A DNA stretch of 64,000 bases from Rhina ancylostomus (Eukaryota), in assembly GCA_030265395.1 (NCBI GenBank), contig JARFYF010000051.1:29254196-29318195 (forward strand), written 5' to 3'. Shown here one piece after another: positions 24,601 to 39,600 of the stretch. The notes beneath the pieces are model-generated. The model saw only the letters and a program-made list of their open reading frames with translations. It ran no database searches and was not told the DNA's origin. A program made the position numbers and the translations under genes. The number at the start of each line of letters is the position of its first letter. Positions within the stretch are counted from its first letter, which is position 1.

Positions 24601-27600
24601 TAGGATACCATAAGTGTTCCCCTGGTAGTTTTGTTGCTCTCATCATTGGAGTTGTTTTCCCCAAAATGCATTCCGTCAATTAACAATTCAGTAGCTGCAA
24701 ATTTGAATATGGCCGCAGTCCAGGTTCTGGACTACTTGTTCAGTTGTTGAACCACTATCCTCTCATCCACCGTGCTTCTGATATTGCTGAAAAGGTGATC
24801 ACGGATGATCACAATATCAGACTTGGCCAACACTTTCTTCAACCCAACTCATCGAATTAACCCTCCATAAAAACTAGGATCAAATACCATGGTCGTCTTA
24901 TTACACACAAAAAGCAGAAAAACAATATTTGATCAGGAAAAACAATAGATTTTTATCCAACTTTAATCCAGGCTGGATTTTCAAAGTTCTGAAGATTCTA
25001 CAAATCCAAAGCTGGCAACCAGTTGGAACAATTGTTTCGATTCGTAAAGGTGCCTTTAATTACAAAACCACTTGAGAAAAAAAAGTCAGAAGAGAAATAG
25101 CTTAACTTTGAGCATAGCCAACAGAAAACAAAAAGGAAAATAATAGACTCTCACAAGCACAAGAATTAGGAGTAGGCCATCGCGCCGTGAGCTTCCTCTG
25201 CCACTTATCAAGATCACGGCCAATTTTCTACCTCAGCATCATAATGAAATAACCTGAAATCTATCAATCTGTTCTGAATGAACTCACTGACCGAGTCTCC
25301 ATAGCACTGAATAAGTTTCTTCTCATCTCTAATTGATCTATCCCATATTTGTGACTATGACCCCTCAGCCTCAAGAAATATCCTCACTGTATCCAGTCTG
25401 TTGAGCTCTAAGGATTTTGTAAATTTCAATGAAATTTCCTCTGCTCATTCTAAACTCTTGAGAATAGAGACCTAGCTAGTCAATTTGTCATTAAACTCAT
25501 CTACCCTAGAACCTGTCTTATGAATCTTCACTGCACTCCATGGTTAGTACACTTCTAATGTTTTGCTTTAAAATGCTTTTTAATATTTGCTGTATTTCTA
25601 TCATGAGTTTTGCTTGTAGTCATTGAATGTCATTTCAGAAAGAGTTTCTTTGTTTTAAAATAAACTTTTGTTAAAAGACCTCCTGCAAGCCCTACCCTGT
25701 CTCCAACTCATGGACCGAAAGCGTGGGGTCAGTGGACACCTCACAAGAATTTTTTTATTCTCCTCCTCCCCCACCCCCCCACCCAAAGCAAGAACACAAT
25801 GACCAAGGTGAAAAAAAGCACTGAACAATATTTCTCTGAACATCCAAGAAAACATTAAAATGGAGAAGGTTTAAATACTACTTGCACAATTTTGCTAACT
25901 TCTACTTACGTCTGCAGCCACTAGGACCAAAACCATAAGTGGCAGGAGCACATCGGTCACATCTTCTGCCAACTACGTTGGAGCGACACTGACACTGCCC
26001 ACCATTTGGATTACAAACAGAACTGAGAGCGCCTTGAGGGTCACAATTGCACGCTGGGGAGAAAACAAGCACGTCAGGATATCTGATACCACAAGGAAAC
26101 TATCACTTCAAATCAGAATCCTCTGAGATGGAGCAGCTCCAATCTACTGTCGTGTGCACTGGTCCCAAATTAATAACCTCCAAAGAGATTTTAAAAAAAT
26201 AAAAGAAACAAAAGATTCCCTTGAATCTTGCTCATGCCAGTTTTACAATAACACGAACAGTGGGGACTATTATGGGCTTCTGAGTCAGTGTATCAGTCTT
26301 CTCTCCCCCTTCCAATTATTTCAATCAAATTTTACTTTGCCTCAAGCATGGAATTTGAAATGCTACTTGAAAACCTAAGTACACATTATTTAAACAAAAG
26401 CCCTCACACACCAAATTCACATACCTCCTCAAAGCATTCCTCCAGAGTCATGACCCATAACTTTTAAACTATGCTCTTTCTATGAATACCCATTAAAACA
26501 TTTAAATATTTCTTCACGATGATGTCAGGCTAACTGGCTGTGTCCTCATTATGTTTTACTTCTTGCTAAGTACATAAATCATTGACAACTTTCATTTTAT
26601 GAAGTGAAACAAAACTACCATGGCCAAGCCGAAAAAAATCTCAACTCAGCATGGCTCCCAACAGCAGTCACCTTTTTAAAACAAACATAACCTAAAACAT
26701 TTGTTTATACTCTATATTAATACAGAATAAAACTCTGCTGCAAAAAATGGTTGATATCCCTGAAACACAGTGAAGAGGATTTACTAAATGCTTTTACAGA
26801 ATCATGGAATTTTCAGCAGGGGGGAGGGGCCTTTCTGCCCACGTTCAACTTCTTGTTTCAAACACTAATCCAATTTCCTTCTTTGTAGGAGGAAAGTCGA
26901 GCAATCTGCAATGATGCAATTCATAGTTTAGTCAACCTTTGGAAAGAAAATTCCTCTACAACTCCCTTTTCAGTTTTAGTACCTGTATCACAACTTCAAC
27001 CTCCAGTTGATGATTCAGTGACCAACTGAAACACATCTTTCACTACTTCTTCTCTCAAACCTTGAAACAACTTGGAAACCTTAATGGCATCATCCTTTTT
27101 ACCCTTGGAGCTTTGTACAAACTAATTTTACACTATTAACACATCTTATGATGTTATATTTAGCACTGGAGATATCTTTTCCATGTCCAAATATTCTTTC
27201 TATCATGGAATTGCCCAAACCTAATCCAGTGCTCAAACTGCAACTCAACCATCAGGCTAACTGTAAGGCCATTCAAACGTCACCACCAACCCCCATCCCC
27301 ACAACCCCAAATGCAAACAACATTCTAACTCTGTTCAGGCGATCTTCCGTTTATACTGGTAGCCCACCGGTTCCCTCACAAAAACAGTTTAAAATAGGCT
27401 TACACAGAGCTCCTTCATGGATTATCGAAGAAATACTGGACAGAATGCCTCTGCAGACATCAGTCATTGGAGTCTTGGCAACACTCTGACTGTTCTCCAA
27501 GCAGCGGTACCGCTGGAAGGTATCCCACATGCTGTTTGTGACAATCTCGCCTGATTCTCCTGAAGAAAATATATCCAATGACCTGCAGTGGGGCATGAGT

Positions 27601-30600
27601 ACAAGCTGGAAAAATATTTGACAGTTGGTGAGAAAACATGAAATTATTCACCTTTGCAGGAAACATTCAGAAAAATTAGCATATTGCCAGGGGGAGAGGG
27701 GGGGAGGGGGGAACATAGCTGAGAAACAAATTTGTGGGATGTGATTAGTAAGAAACTAACGTACAGCTACATCAAGTAATTAGGAAAACTTACAGGATTC
27801 TGTAATTTATTGTGAAGAGAACCAAGTACAAAAACAAGGTGGTTATCCTTCAGTTATATAGGGCAACAGTGAGGCCTCATCTGGAGTATTGTTTACTGTA
27901 TTGGTATCCTTTGCAAGTTCAGAGGAGGCTTACTAGACTGATACTTGGACTGAGCAGCTTGTCTCATGACAGAAGGTTGGATAGAAGAGTCTTCCATCAG
28001 CTGGAGTACAGAAGAGCGACAGCGTAATTGACAAAACTCCGTGGGGTCCTGACTGGGAAGAAAGTGAAAAGGACATTTCTTCCTCTAAGATAATCTAGAA
28101 CTATGGATTACTGGTTAAAAATAAGGGGTCACTCATTTAAGATAGCTGAGGCAAAATCTTCTGATGATCTGAGAGTTTGGAACCCCTTTCCTCAAAAGAG
28201 AAAGCGGAAACAGAGTCTTTGAATATTTTTAAAAGGCAGAAGTAGATAGATTCCAGATATGCAATGAGCTAAGGGGCGAAAGGTCAGGGTGAAGGCAGGA
28301 ATGTGCAATTGGAGGTGAATATGTGTCATTATCTTACTAATGGCACTAATGGGGCTGAGTGACTTGCTCCTGAATTCATAGCTCCAAGCAATAATGTCAA
28401 AATGAAAAAGTGTGACATAAGCATGTAAATTATAAAACTATTTTTGTAACATCCTAAATCAGTAAATGCTCTATCATTAACAGCATGAAGCTGTGTTCGT
28501 AATTCATGGGACACTTGCCACACGAGACAAAGCCAATCAACTCCATATACTGAAATATTTATAAGACTTGCAGCCCATTGAATTTTAGATATTGGTTTCC
28601 AATAATAATTTTCAGTTAGTTTTACCTACCGAATCTATGAAGGTATAAGGAGTCTCCATATCATCATCTGAGGAGTATTTTGTTAATTCTAACCGGATGG
28701 TGTAGTTTAGTCCTTTTTCAAAGCAAACAGGTCGAGGCAGAACCACATACCTAGAAGAACATTATTACCAATGCACATAGTTAGCCCAGCCCCTGTGGAT
28801 TACAAGTCTCTCCTTATAAATCAGTTTAGTCACTTGCAAATCTATTGTTCTATACCCCCCTCAATGTCAGAATATATAAAATCCAAAACAATGAAGCAGT
28901 AAAAATATTTTATTTGTTCCAACCTGGATCCTGATGGGAGAGAGAACACTTGGTTGTCATCGTCAGGAGTAGTATTCACACATCGACTGCCAGTATGAAT
29001 TTCACCAGGTCTTAACACAATTATTTTTGCCTCTTCCCAGTTCTTTGGCAGCTGAACAGAAAGAATCACATCACATTCATGCACAATTTTTTTTTAACAA
29101 AGCTATTCAGATAAGCATCTTGATAACTGTACATTATTAACCTGTGGTTCATAGCGAATCAACACGTCATATTCCATTGAATATGGTATGTCATTTATGT
29201 GGAATTCTAGATAGGCTCCCTCAGGAACACGTCCAAATCCAATTCCTGTCCAGGTTGGAGAACGATCTTGTGGGTATTTTCGCTGTATTATAGTAACACC
29301 CTGCAAGGAATAAACGCCATGGCGTTAGTCTAAAGTAATGAACATCATAAAAGAACATCTTGCCTCAGTCCACAAATCTAACTTACTGGACCCAGGTGAG
29401 CTTCTTCAGCCTCGTGCGTGTAATGGTCCAGTGCAATAAAGTAAAACCCAGATTCAACCTCATTGCAGCGACGCCCAACCATGTGCTCCTTACATGGACA
29501 CTGGCCCGTCTCTGCTGAACAGCTACAGAGAGGAAAAAAAAACCACAAATAATTTTGCTTTTCACAATTTATAAGCATATCTTTATGCAAGAGATCAAGT
29601 ACTCCAAGTTAGCATGCTTCAGCATCAAATGTCTACATGGACACCTCATTTAAACTAACAATTAATTTGCAAATAAAACTATTACAACTGGCAAAAACAT
29701 ACACAGAAAGATGGTTCCTGAACAGTGTCAAACAGAAACTCAAGTCTGTTTTTGGCCCAGACTGAAGTTACTCAAATCATATATTTCTCCAGCAGCATCA
29801 TTACCACACAGAATATTTAAGATTTTGTCAGATCTTAAATATTCAGTTAATTTGTCATTAAACAATTTTAATGCACATGGTAACACAAATTAGTAAATGC
29901 AATTCACTGTTCAGGATTAACTGATTAACTACAAAATGTTCATTCAGTCTGACGACTGCTGATAGTTGAACAAATTTCACTAGGAGCGTCACTTCCAAAA
30001 AAAAAAGGATAAGTCAGGAGTAATACAGTTTATTTCCTTAAATGGTATGTGAAAATAAATTAAGCTTCAACTTGTCTGGCATTTATCGCAATTATTGGGG
30101 TTAGCAAAACATTGGAATTACTCATTCAATTACGATAAGCAAAACAGCCAGAGAAAATAAGAAATTCAGCAGTACGTGATGGCTGCTTCTTGTTCAAACT
30201 TCTGTAGTGATTGTTAATTAGCTGTGAACTCAAACTTAGTGTTGTAAATTATTGAGAAACTAGGTCTTACTCATTACTGTAGGAGCCCCCTAGGTCACAG
30301 TCACAAGGGCGACACCCATCTAGATCATTGCTTAGTCCCCAATGTTGAGGCTGTAAAACAATAAACCATTTGAGTTTCAAATTCATGACCGCATTTGAGA
30401 TACAAGAAAAATAATGCATGTTCTAATATCATGTGGTAGAACTCAAATCAATTCCCTGGAGACAGTACATGAAAAGAATGTTTTTTTAAAAATCATATTA
30501 CTGTTAAATACAAAAACATCTATTTTGAACTCAATACAAGATCAGGAAAACAAAACAAGTAACTTTTCAGTAACTCAATCACTGGTCTTTTGGCTAGTTC

Positions 30601-33600
30601 TCAAATCTTGGAGCGTCTTGTTATATTTCACTTAAGAATGAGAGAATGTTTAAGTCAGCATAAAAGTCTCCATGTTTTGACAATGCAATTCAAACTTTGA
30701 ACTTTGGGGTGCGGAGGAAAAACTGAGGCACTGTTCTATTCCATGTTCTGGATTACATGTTAACCAGACCCTGCCAACTACTTCCCAACAGACAGTCAAT
30801 TGCATTCCACATAGTGGAGTCTGAAAACCTACGGGTATGTTCCCCACTGTGCTGTTAATCAAAAAAAAAATCCATCAAATTGCATACAGCTCTCTGCACA
30901 AACCCTCTCCAACTCCCAGAACAAAGCAACCCACTTTTGAACCTGGAGAGGCTGGCTGGTGAGTAGCATGGCCACTCCACATGGAGACATGGGGCCCACG
31001 ACTGTATCCCAGACAGCATGGCGAGTGTGAGCTTTTGCTGGAAAGTGGCAGCACCTACCTCGTGTTGACAGAGTATGTGGACCCTCTCGTCTCCCTCTCA
31101 GCAACTCATGTTGAGGTGATAGATTAGTTTCGAACAATATTTTACAATTTGTTAAACTAAACTGGAACTACTTTTGAGTCCATCTTACAAATCTTGTTCA
31201 GCATCTCCTAAGTTACTCCAAATTTTTCTGGATTGTCATCCATGTGGTTTCCATGTAATTGAGCATTGTTATAAAAAGGCAAGAATCCTGTTTTCGTTTT
31301 GCAAAGGATTTCCACTTTTGCTTTAATGTTTCACTTACCAAACACTGATCACAGTTCCTGCCCATCACCAGACGTTTACAGAAGCAGCTTCCTGTTACAT
31401 CATCACATGGAGATCCTCCGGGATGAGTTCCCAAATGGTTACAAGCACACGCTAAATGACCAAACAAAGCAATAGTCTCATTTTGCAACCAATCATCAGC
31501 AATCCAGACAAGGTTCAAAATAACTACTGTGGCAAGGGTAGGAATTTTAACTCTCAGCTGGCTGCATCTCACCAGAATATTACAAAATGAATGTCAATCG
31601 GTTTCCTTTTTCTATTTCTGGGCAGCTTTTATTTACATTCAAACCAAGATGAGGCACAATTAAGCATGCCAATTACTACTCTATAATAGTTGTAAGCCCC
31701 AGATTGTGATTTTACGTGTATACCAAAACGACATTAGATGTGGCACAGTCAGAGGCCTTTCCAGAAATAAACTCATGTTTTAATTTTTCTTTACATGGGC
31801 GAGGGAAATACAAAGATTCTTTTCACCCACAGTATTTCTGCTCACTTGCCCTCAACTCCACATCCCAACCCACTCTCAGCTCTGGCCACCCACTTTGCTA
31901 CCTTATCACAAAGGCAACACCTCCCAGTTGGATTGACACAGAAGCCATAAACAGGTGAGCAATTGTCTGATGCTTAAGCTCACCAGTAACACCCAAAATC
32001 AAGCTCCAGCAGTTCAATTCTTTCCAAACGATAGGCTTGGGCAGTAACTTCAGGCATAACACCAACTTTTAATCCTCTGCAGAAACTTTATTTCACCGGC
32101 ACTTGCTCCTCTTTAATTTCTTCTACTTTACCCATTCTTACTACATTTGTGATTCCACATTTTACTAACCAACTTTCACAAGAAACAAGAGGAGCAACAT
32201 ACCAAGAAAAGGAAAAATGTCAAGGAAGTTTACAATAAATGGATCTGGAAATTATTAACAAAACACATGAAAAATGCTTGTTTAATTCACATAATCACAG
32301 AAGGTTTAATTTGCAGTTCTTCTCAAATCAGGGAGAATGTATACATTTGACATGAGTTTGGGCATTTCCTCTTTCCTCTTCTTCCAATGAAATATTATTT
32401 TTTGACAAATTGTTTACTTCTCGAAGCCAAGTTGTTAAGTGTAACAAATATTATCCCCCTCAAGATAGCCAGCAATTGTACTTTACAGTTCTTAAATTTC
32501 TTTTTATGACAGGTTTACAATAAAACTCTCTCACATTAAGGGGTTGTTTAATTACATCTGCACAAAGGAAATTCCTTTAGAGCAATCCGGTGTCTACTGA
32601 GAAGACAAACTGTATTTGAAATCTGCTAGTAAAAGTTTGATTAAAACTGCTGATATTCCAATTACGCTAATTTTTGATAAATTGTAGAAGTGTGCAGATT
32701 TTCAAACAAGTACAATCCTGACTGAAACAAAACTGTTTAACTGTGGCTTTCTTAAGCACATTTCTGCAATCTTGGAATCAAGCAACAGAGGCAGGATACA
32801 AAATTAAAATATGGAAAATGAACTACGCAAGTTAATTTTCAAAAACCGGTAACTACTTACGCTGACATCCCAGTGGTTCATCTGCACTTAGTCCGAAAAA
32901 TCCCTCTTTGCACAGATCACAGCGCTCACCCTCAACATACAGCTTACAGCGACACTGTCCTGCTATGAGATTAGCTGTCAAATCAGTGTAACTATCACAA
33001 ATTCCACCATTCAATGATCCAGCAGGGTCACAGTTGCAAGCTGCATGGAAAAGGAGATTAAAGCAATTTATATCTACACTACATTCAATTTATGCATCTA
33101 CAAAGTTGAGGTTCACTTATTTAGCAGATAGGATTTTTTTTTTAACAATCCACATTCACAAGAATGGCAGCAATTTAATAACTTTTAATTATGCTCAATT
33201 CAGTTTTGCAATGGAAATATGAAATGACAAACTTTTGAAGGAAAATGACAATGAATCTGAAATTTCCGACACATATCAAAACCTTATCTTTGTACACTGA
33301 ATATTTAATTTAAAATTTCTGAATGACTTTCAAAGCACCGGGTAATCACTGTGCAAAAAACACAATTTAATCAGATATATTGTGGAAAGAATACCTTAAA
33401 GCAAACATTCCATTTAAAACTCGAAGCATTCCACCATCAAGTGGATCAGTGTCATTTACTTCTTGCACAGGTCATGGTGTATCAAATAGCAGCACTTACG
33501 CTCACAGATGTCACTGGCACGAATACTTCGTTCTGGATGCTGGTAGTAGAAAGGTTTGCATTGTTCACAGTGCTGCCCCATTGTATTATTCTGACAGCCA

Positions 33601-36600
33601 TCACAAACACCACCACTGACGTTACCGGAGGCTAAATACACAGCCATGTCAAAGTGACATTTATCAGCATGTCCATTGCAGTTACACCCTGAAATTTAAA
33701 TTACAGAAACACTAATTTAACACATTAGATGATGTTCAAAATACAAATTAAGATCATAATATTAAAAATTCAACACACAGACGATAAATTGTCACAACTA
33801 CTAATCTGGAGAAGTGTTACATTCCAGCTATGCATTGCTTACCAGTATTGATAAGTTTCGGAGAACTTATTTTTGTCTGAATGAGGTTTCTTTAAAGTCC
33901 CTTGAATAGTTACAAAAACTCTCTAAATGCAGTAACAAGCCAAGATTTTAGGTTGTTGCAGATTATATTACACGATTGTAATAAAATCTGCTCTTGCTAA
34001 AAAAATTAATTAGATAAACGGTGCAATGGGAAGACGAGGGATGGAAAAGGATTGAATGAATCTTCATTAATTTTATTTGTAAACTTTACCGATGTAAAAA
34101 TAAAGAAACATTCTTGCACCCCACAAAATGTTACCCACAGTGCCTTTTTATTAGCATTCTTAATTTCCAAACAAGGTAGTAACCCAGGAGGCACTACTTT
34201 ACTCCATCCAAGAACTTATTACTTACCTTTGTCACAACAAAGAATGTTAACAAGAAACATGACAGCAAGGAAGCCAAGGAACTAGGGTTCTTATAAACCT
34301 ATTTCCACCAATGGTTACTCAACGGTTACAGCAGGAACTATAGACAATAATATAGTGCTTCATTTTGATACGAACTGCAACATCATCTCTTATTTTAAAG
34401 AAAACCATCACATAATAACAATGACTGATCTGCTGGATTCTGAAGCAATTTATTAATTCCTTATTATTACTAATATTGCTTTGTTTTGGGTTAAAACCTA
34501 CTAAAGATGCTACTATGGTTTCACTATTTGGCCGTATACCAGCTTATGCAAAAGAATTATTCACTGAAGTATCAGTTAAAACATCACAAAAGGTTGTGAG
34601 TTTGAACATTTCACAAAGTTCAAGCAGTGCCTAATTTGAGCATTATTTATTAATTTGCTTTTGTTTCTTTTTTAAAAACTGTGACAAAAATGTGATTGTT
34701 GGATTACGAGGAAAATGATCAAGTTATCCAGTAGTGCAAGGACTTCTGTTAAATTGCCACTGAAGGATGGGTAGCTGTACATTTTGTGTGGAAAAGAAAT
34801 CCAAATCATGCAGCATACTTTTCTCATTCATGGCATTGATGTGGTTTGGATCTCCAGGAGTTGTGGCTGTCTATGGAACCTACATTTTCTGTGAACACTT
34901 AGACTCAAGGAAGCCTGAACCACAACAGGAAGCATGTTTGCTTTTTCCCTCCATATGGGTGCGGCAATTCACAATTATCCTTACTATAAGCTCAGCTCAG
35001 AACAATAAACTGAGCACAGATTGAACACGAGGCCATTTTTGTCTGTGCTCCAGGGATAAACTTTCCAGCCATTGGGAATCCTGATTATTTTGCGTTTTAA
35101 AGATATTGTATTTGCATTCAGGTGATATCAATCTGATAGATGAAGATATTCATTCTCAAGAGTGTAATTTTGATCTGAGACTCACTTTGGCAAGCATTGC
35201 TGTTGCGTCCTTCTGCGGGTTTCCAAGGTACATCCTGGTGGAAATCTTGACACAGCTCACAGTTTAAACCTTTAGTGTTGTGCCGGCACACACATCGACC
35301 ATGTACCTGGAAAACAAACGCTTCAAAAATCATTTCCTTGCTTGAAGAACTGTTTCAGTGATGTTTCTGCACCATAGGAAACAGGTCTGTTTACTATTGG
35401 CTTTGATTTCAACAGGTTCATTCACCATCATTTAGTATTATTGGATTCAAAGAAATATGCATTTGAAATAGGCACAATAGCTTGAATGACGAAAGACTTA
35501 ATTTCTAGTAGCTCTCAAAATGAAGAATTATAAATCATAAACTACTTGCTTCATTTACCTTGAAAATGAAAATCTACTAATCCCTGCTCACACAAATATA
35601 CCATTAAACTCAATTCTCCCTGGTACAAAGTTATTTTCTCAAATAACTCAAAGAGGCAAGTAGGAAAATATTAGGACATATGTATAGTTAATCAGCTGCA
35701 GAAAATTTACAAGTGAAGTTGTACTTTCAACATTTTTCTCCCCGAGCCAATTTCTGGAGTTCTGACAAAGGGTCTCCAACCTGCAACGTTAATTCTGTTT
35801 CTCTTTCCACATATGCTGCCTGACATTGAAGCAGTTTTAGTTTAATTTGAATAAAACTTATTTTCTACTTCTAATAAAAATGCACCTATCGAACAAAAAT
35901 TGCGAGGGTAGGCAGGGAGGGCGAATTCAATTTCTTAAATTGATGGTTCAGTATCAAGTTTTGATAAGCATTTCTCCAATTCCATCAAGAGTTTGGTCTT
36001 AAAACTGAAGCATTACATGTTATGGAATCTTGGTATTATAGTAGAACGAGTATAGTAATTATATTAATAATATAGTATATTATCAAACAAGAAGTCATAC
36101 TGGTCAGATTCACCTCCATCGTCAACAGATTTTCAAATAATTTAATGAAAATCACAAGTATTAAAGCATGACATCAGAACATTGAGTACAAGAATCCCAC
36201 TTTCAGTCGAACAAGTGAATTATTGACCTCAGCCACAAAACAGCTGGGAAACTGGAATAAGAGGCACCAAGAGGGAACCAAGGAGTTCTTTCCTCAGCCA
36301 TTCTTGCTTATCAGCTGGTTCAGAAATATTAACAAAGGGCCTGAAGAAACTCAATTGGTCTTCTTATCTTGCAACTGGACTGTAACTCAGGAACAGAGAA
36401 AAAGTAGAATTAAAAATGGAATTAAGAAAATATCTGCTTGAGAATCAAATATTTTCAGTCTGCAATCTAACCCCTGAAGCAGGAAAATGAAAATCTACTA
36501 CAGTTGCTGAGAATTTGTGAACTCAACTCAAAGTTTTGTCTCAAGACCTAAAACAGGAAATGGCAGAGCCAGGTCAGGGAAGTTTTGTCTGGGTTCAATT

Positions 36601-39600
36601 AAGCTCCAAAGCAAACTCCATTGAGAGAGAGTTTACGACCAGAGAGAAAAAAAGTTTCTGACCACACATTTTGTTCCCAGATTAAGTCTAATACTGCAGA
36701 AGGTTTTTTTCTCGCTGCAATGTTTAATAGGGAACAATGACAATGAAAAATATTGAACATTCCTTCAAAACAAAAGTTGAAAATCAATGTTTGAAAGCAC
36801 TTTTGCACTTGCCTTCCCTTCCACATCCTGATCATCAGAATCGTGAACAGGAGCACATTCACTGGCATGTCCGTAACAGAAACAGTTGCCTCGAACCACC
36901 ATGTCATAGATAGCATAGTAATATTTTTCTTTGATTTCCACTCGCGAGTCTAGTAAATTATCACCCAGGGTATGGAGCTTAGTAAACCTTATCCTCAAGT
37001 TTGTGATCTTCAACATATCTTCAAAACAAAATATGCAATTAAATCAGAATGTGTTACAGTATCTCCAAACAATTGCATGATTTTCTTCAAATGCAAACTT
37101 CCTATTAATATTAATTGTTGATTCCACTGGACCAAGAACAAGCAAAAACACTTAGCTTCAATTTTTTCAGCTACAACATTCCCAAAAAATGTTGACATAT
37201 TTAGCTGCTTAACCAATTAAATAACTGCATTAGAAAAATAATTGCAAAAGATACTATTAAAGCTGCAAAATCTCACTAATAGCATTGAGTTAAAAATCAC
37301 ACGATACTTTTAACAGTACATCAAGAATGCCAAATTGACAAAAATCAGATTTATGCACCCATTTAAACGAATAATGAAAACTTCAAAATCTATTTTTTGG
37401 GTGTACAAACTTGTACACATAAGAGAAACAATGACACAGCCAAAAAATAAATTGAAGAGATTTAGCATGGAGATAGAGGGAAACTGGTGCACGAAATAAA
37501 ATCGCAACTTCCCCGAGGCAGGTGTGGACTCCAAGGTCGGTGACCAGTGGTGTTCCACAGGGATCTGTTCTGGGACCCCTGCTCTCTGTGATTTTTATAA
37601 ATGACTTGGATGAGGATGAGGAAGGGTGGGTTAAGTAGGTTTGCTGATGATACAAAGGTTGGTCGTGTTCTGGATAGTGTAGAAGGTTGCTGTATGTTAT
37701 AGAGCTGGGCTGAGAAGTGGCAGATGGAGTTCAATCTGCATAAGTGTGAAGTGACACACTTGAGATTGAATTTGAAGGCAGAATACAAGGTTAATGGCGG
37801 GACTCTTAGCAGTGTGGAGGAACAAAGGGATCTTAGGGTCCACGTCCATAGATCCCTCAATTGCCACTCTGGTCAATAGGGTTGTTAAGAAGGCGTATGG
37901 AGTGTTGGCCTTCATTAGTCGGAGTCATGAGGTGATGTTACAGCTCTATAGAACTCTGGTCAGACCACACTTGGAGTATTGTGATAAGTCCTGGTTGCCT
38001 CTTTATAGGAAGGATGTGGAAGCTTTAGAGAGGGTGCAGAGGAGATTTACCAGGACAGCATGTCTTATGAGGATAGGTTGAGTGAGCTAGGGCTTTTCTC
38101 TTTGGAGAGGAGGCGGATGAGAGGTGACTTGACAGAGGTGTACAAGATGATAACAGGCATAGATCAAGTGGACAATCAGAGACTTTTTCCCAGGGCGATA
38201 ATGGTTAACACAAGGGGACATAATTTTAAGGTGATTGGAGGAAGATATAAGGGGGATGTCAGGGATAAGTTTTTTTTTTATACACAGAGTGAGTGCGTGG
38301 AATGCACTGTTGGCAGAGGTTATNNNNNNNNNNNNNNNNNNNNNNNNNNNNNNNNNNNNNNNNNNNNNNNNNNNNNNNNNNNNNNNNNNNNNNNNNNNNN
38401 NNNNNNNNNNNNNNNNNNNNNNNNNNNNNNNNNNNNNNNNNNNNNNNNNNNNNNNNNNNNNNNNNNNNNNNNNNNNNNTTGGCACAACATTGCGGGCTGA
38501 AGGACCTGTACTGTGCTGTAGTGTTCTACGTTTTATGTACTTGCCAGTCTCTGAAGGACCCACAGTTGTCTATCAACTGGGAACTTCCCAGAGTAAGTTT
38601 AAATGCAAATCCAGATGGAGTCGTTGCCTATTTTTAGGGTGCAACATTGATATTTCAAATTTTGAGAGAACAAATTAAGAGAAAACTGTTTTGTGGACAA
38701 AATAAAATTCTTTTTTTTACCCCTTCGACCAAAAAGAATATGGCTGATATTTCATCAGGAACCTAATAGTATCAGATAAAATTGATCAAAGGCTGGAAGT
38801 TAAGATGTTTTGAAAAATGTCCATTTTTCCAATCCTCTGCCAAAAAAATACATCCTGAAAAAAAGGAACATTCTACACTTACTAACAGCTAACAGGTTTC
38901 AGTCAACAGGAAGCATGCAAGACACAAGGGAAAGCAAGTCTAATAAAAATCCATCTGAGCAGTTGCTAGTGTCAATGCAGAAAGAATTAGAAAAAAAACA
39001 ATGACAGAAATATTTAGTGGTCCATATTAGTTGAGGTAGTAAAAGGAAATCATAAGCCCAGATATAACAATTACTTTGTATTCTTCGGCTATAAGGATCT
39101 TCGATTTTAAAGGCTGGGTCCAACACACGATAGATAACCTAAAGGCAAATAAATTTTTTTGTTTTTATTAAGCATAATAATATAAATGACAGTATATGCA
39201 CATCACACAAGTTCAATTCATGAGTCACATCCATGGAAAGCATCTTAGATTTCAATATTCTGAGTGCAATATAATATGTTAGATTTGCACTAGGTTTTTA
39301 AAGCCAAACAGAAATAATTATGCATCTGTGACAAACCTCTCCTTCTGTAGAAGGTTCAATATCAGAGTACCGAGAATCGCAGATAATGTCATCCACTTTC
39401 TTCAATGATCCTGCTGAAATGCCTGGAAAGGATGTCTCACAGTCATAAGCGTAGTACCTATACACCTGCCAGGTCTTTCCAAAATCTGAAGATCGCTCAA
39501 TCATCATAGCAGCCGGACGAAATGTCTGAGCACAAAAGAAAGTCTTTGACTTAGTACCGAACAAGTCTTTGTCACATTCTGTTAGTCTCGGGCATAAAGC

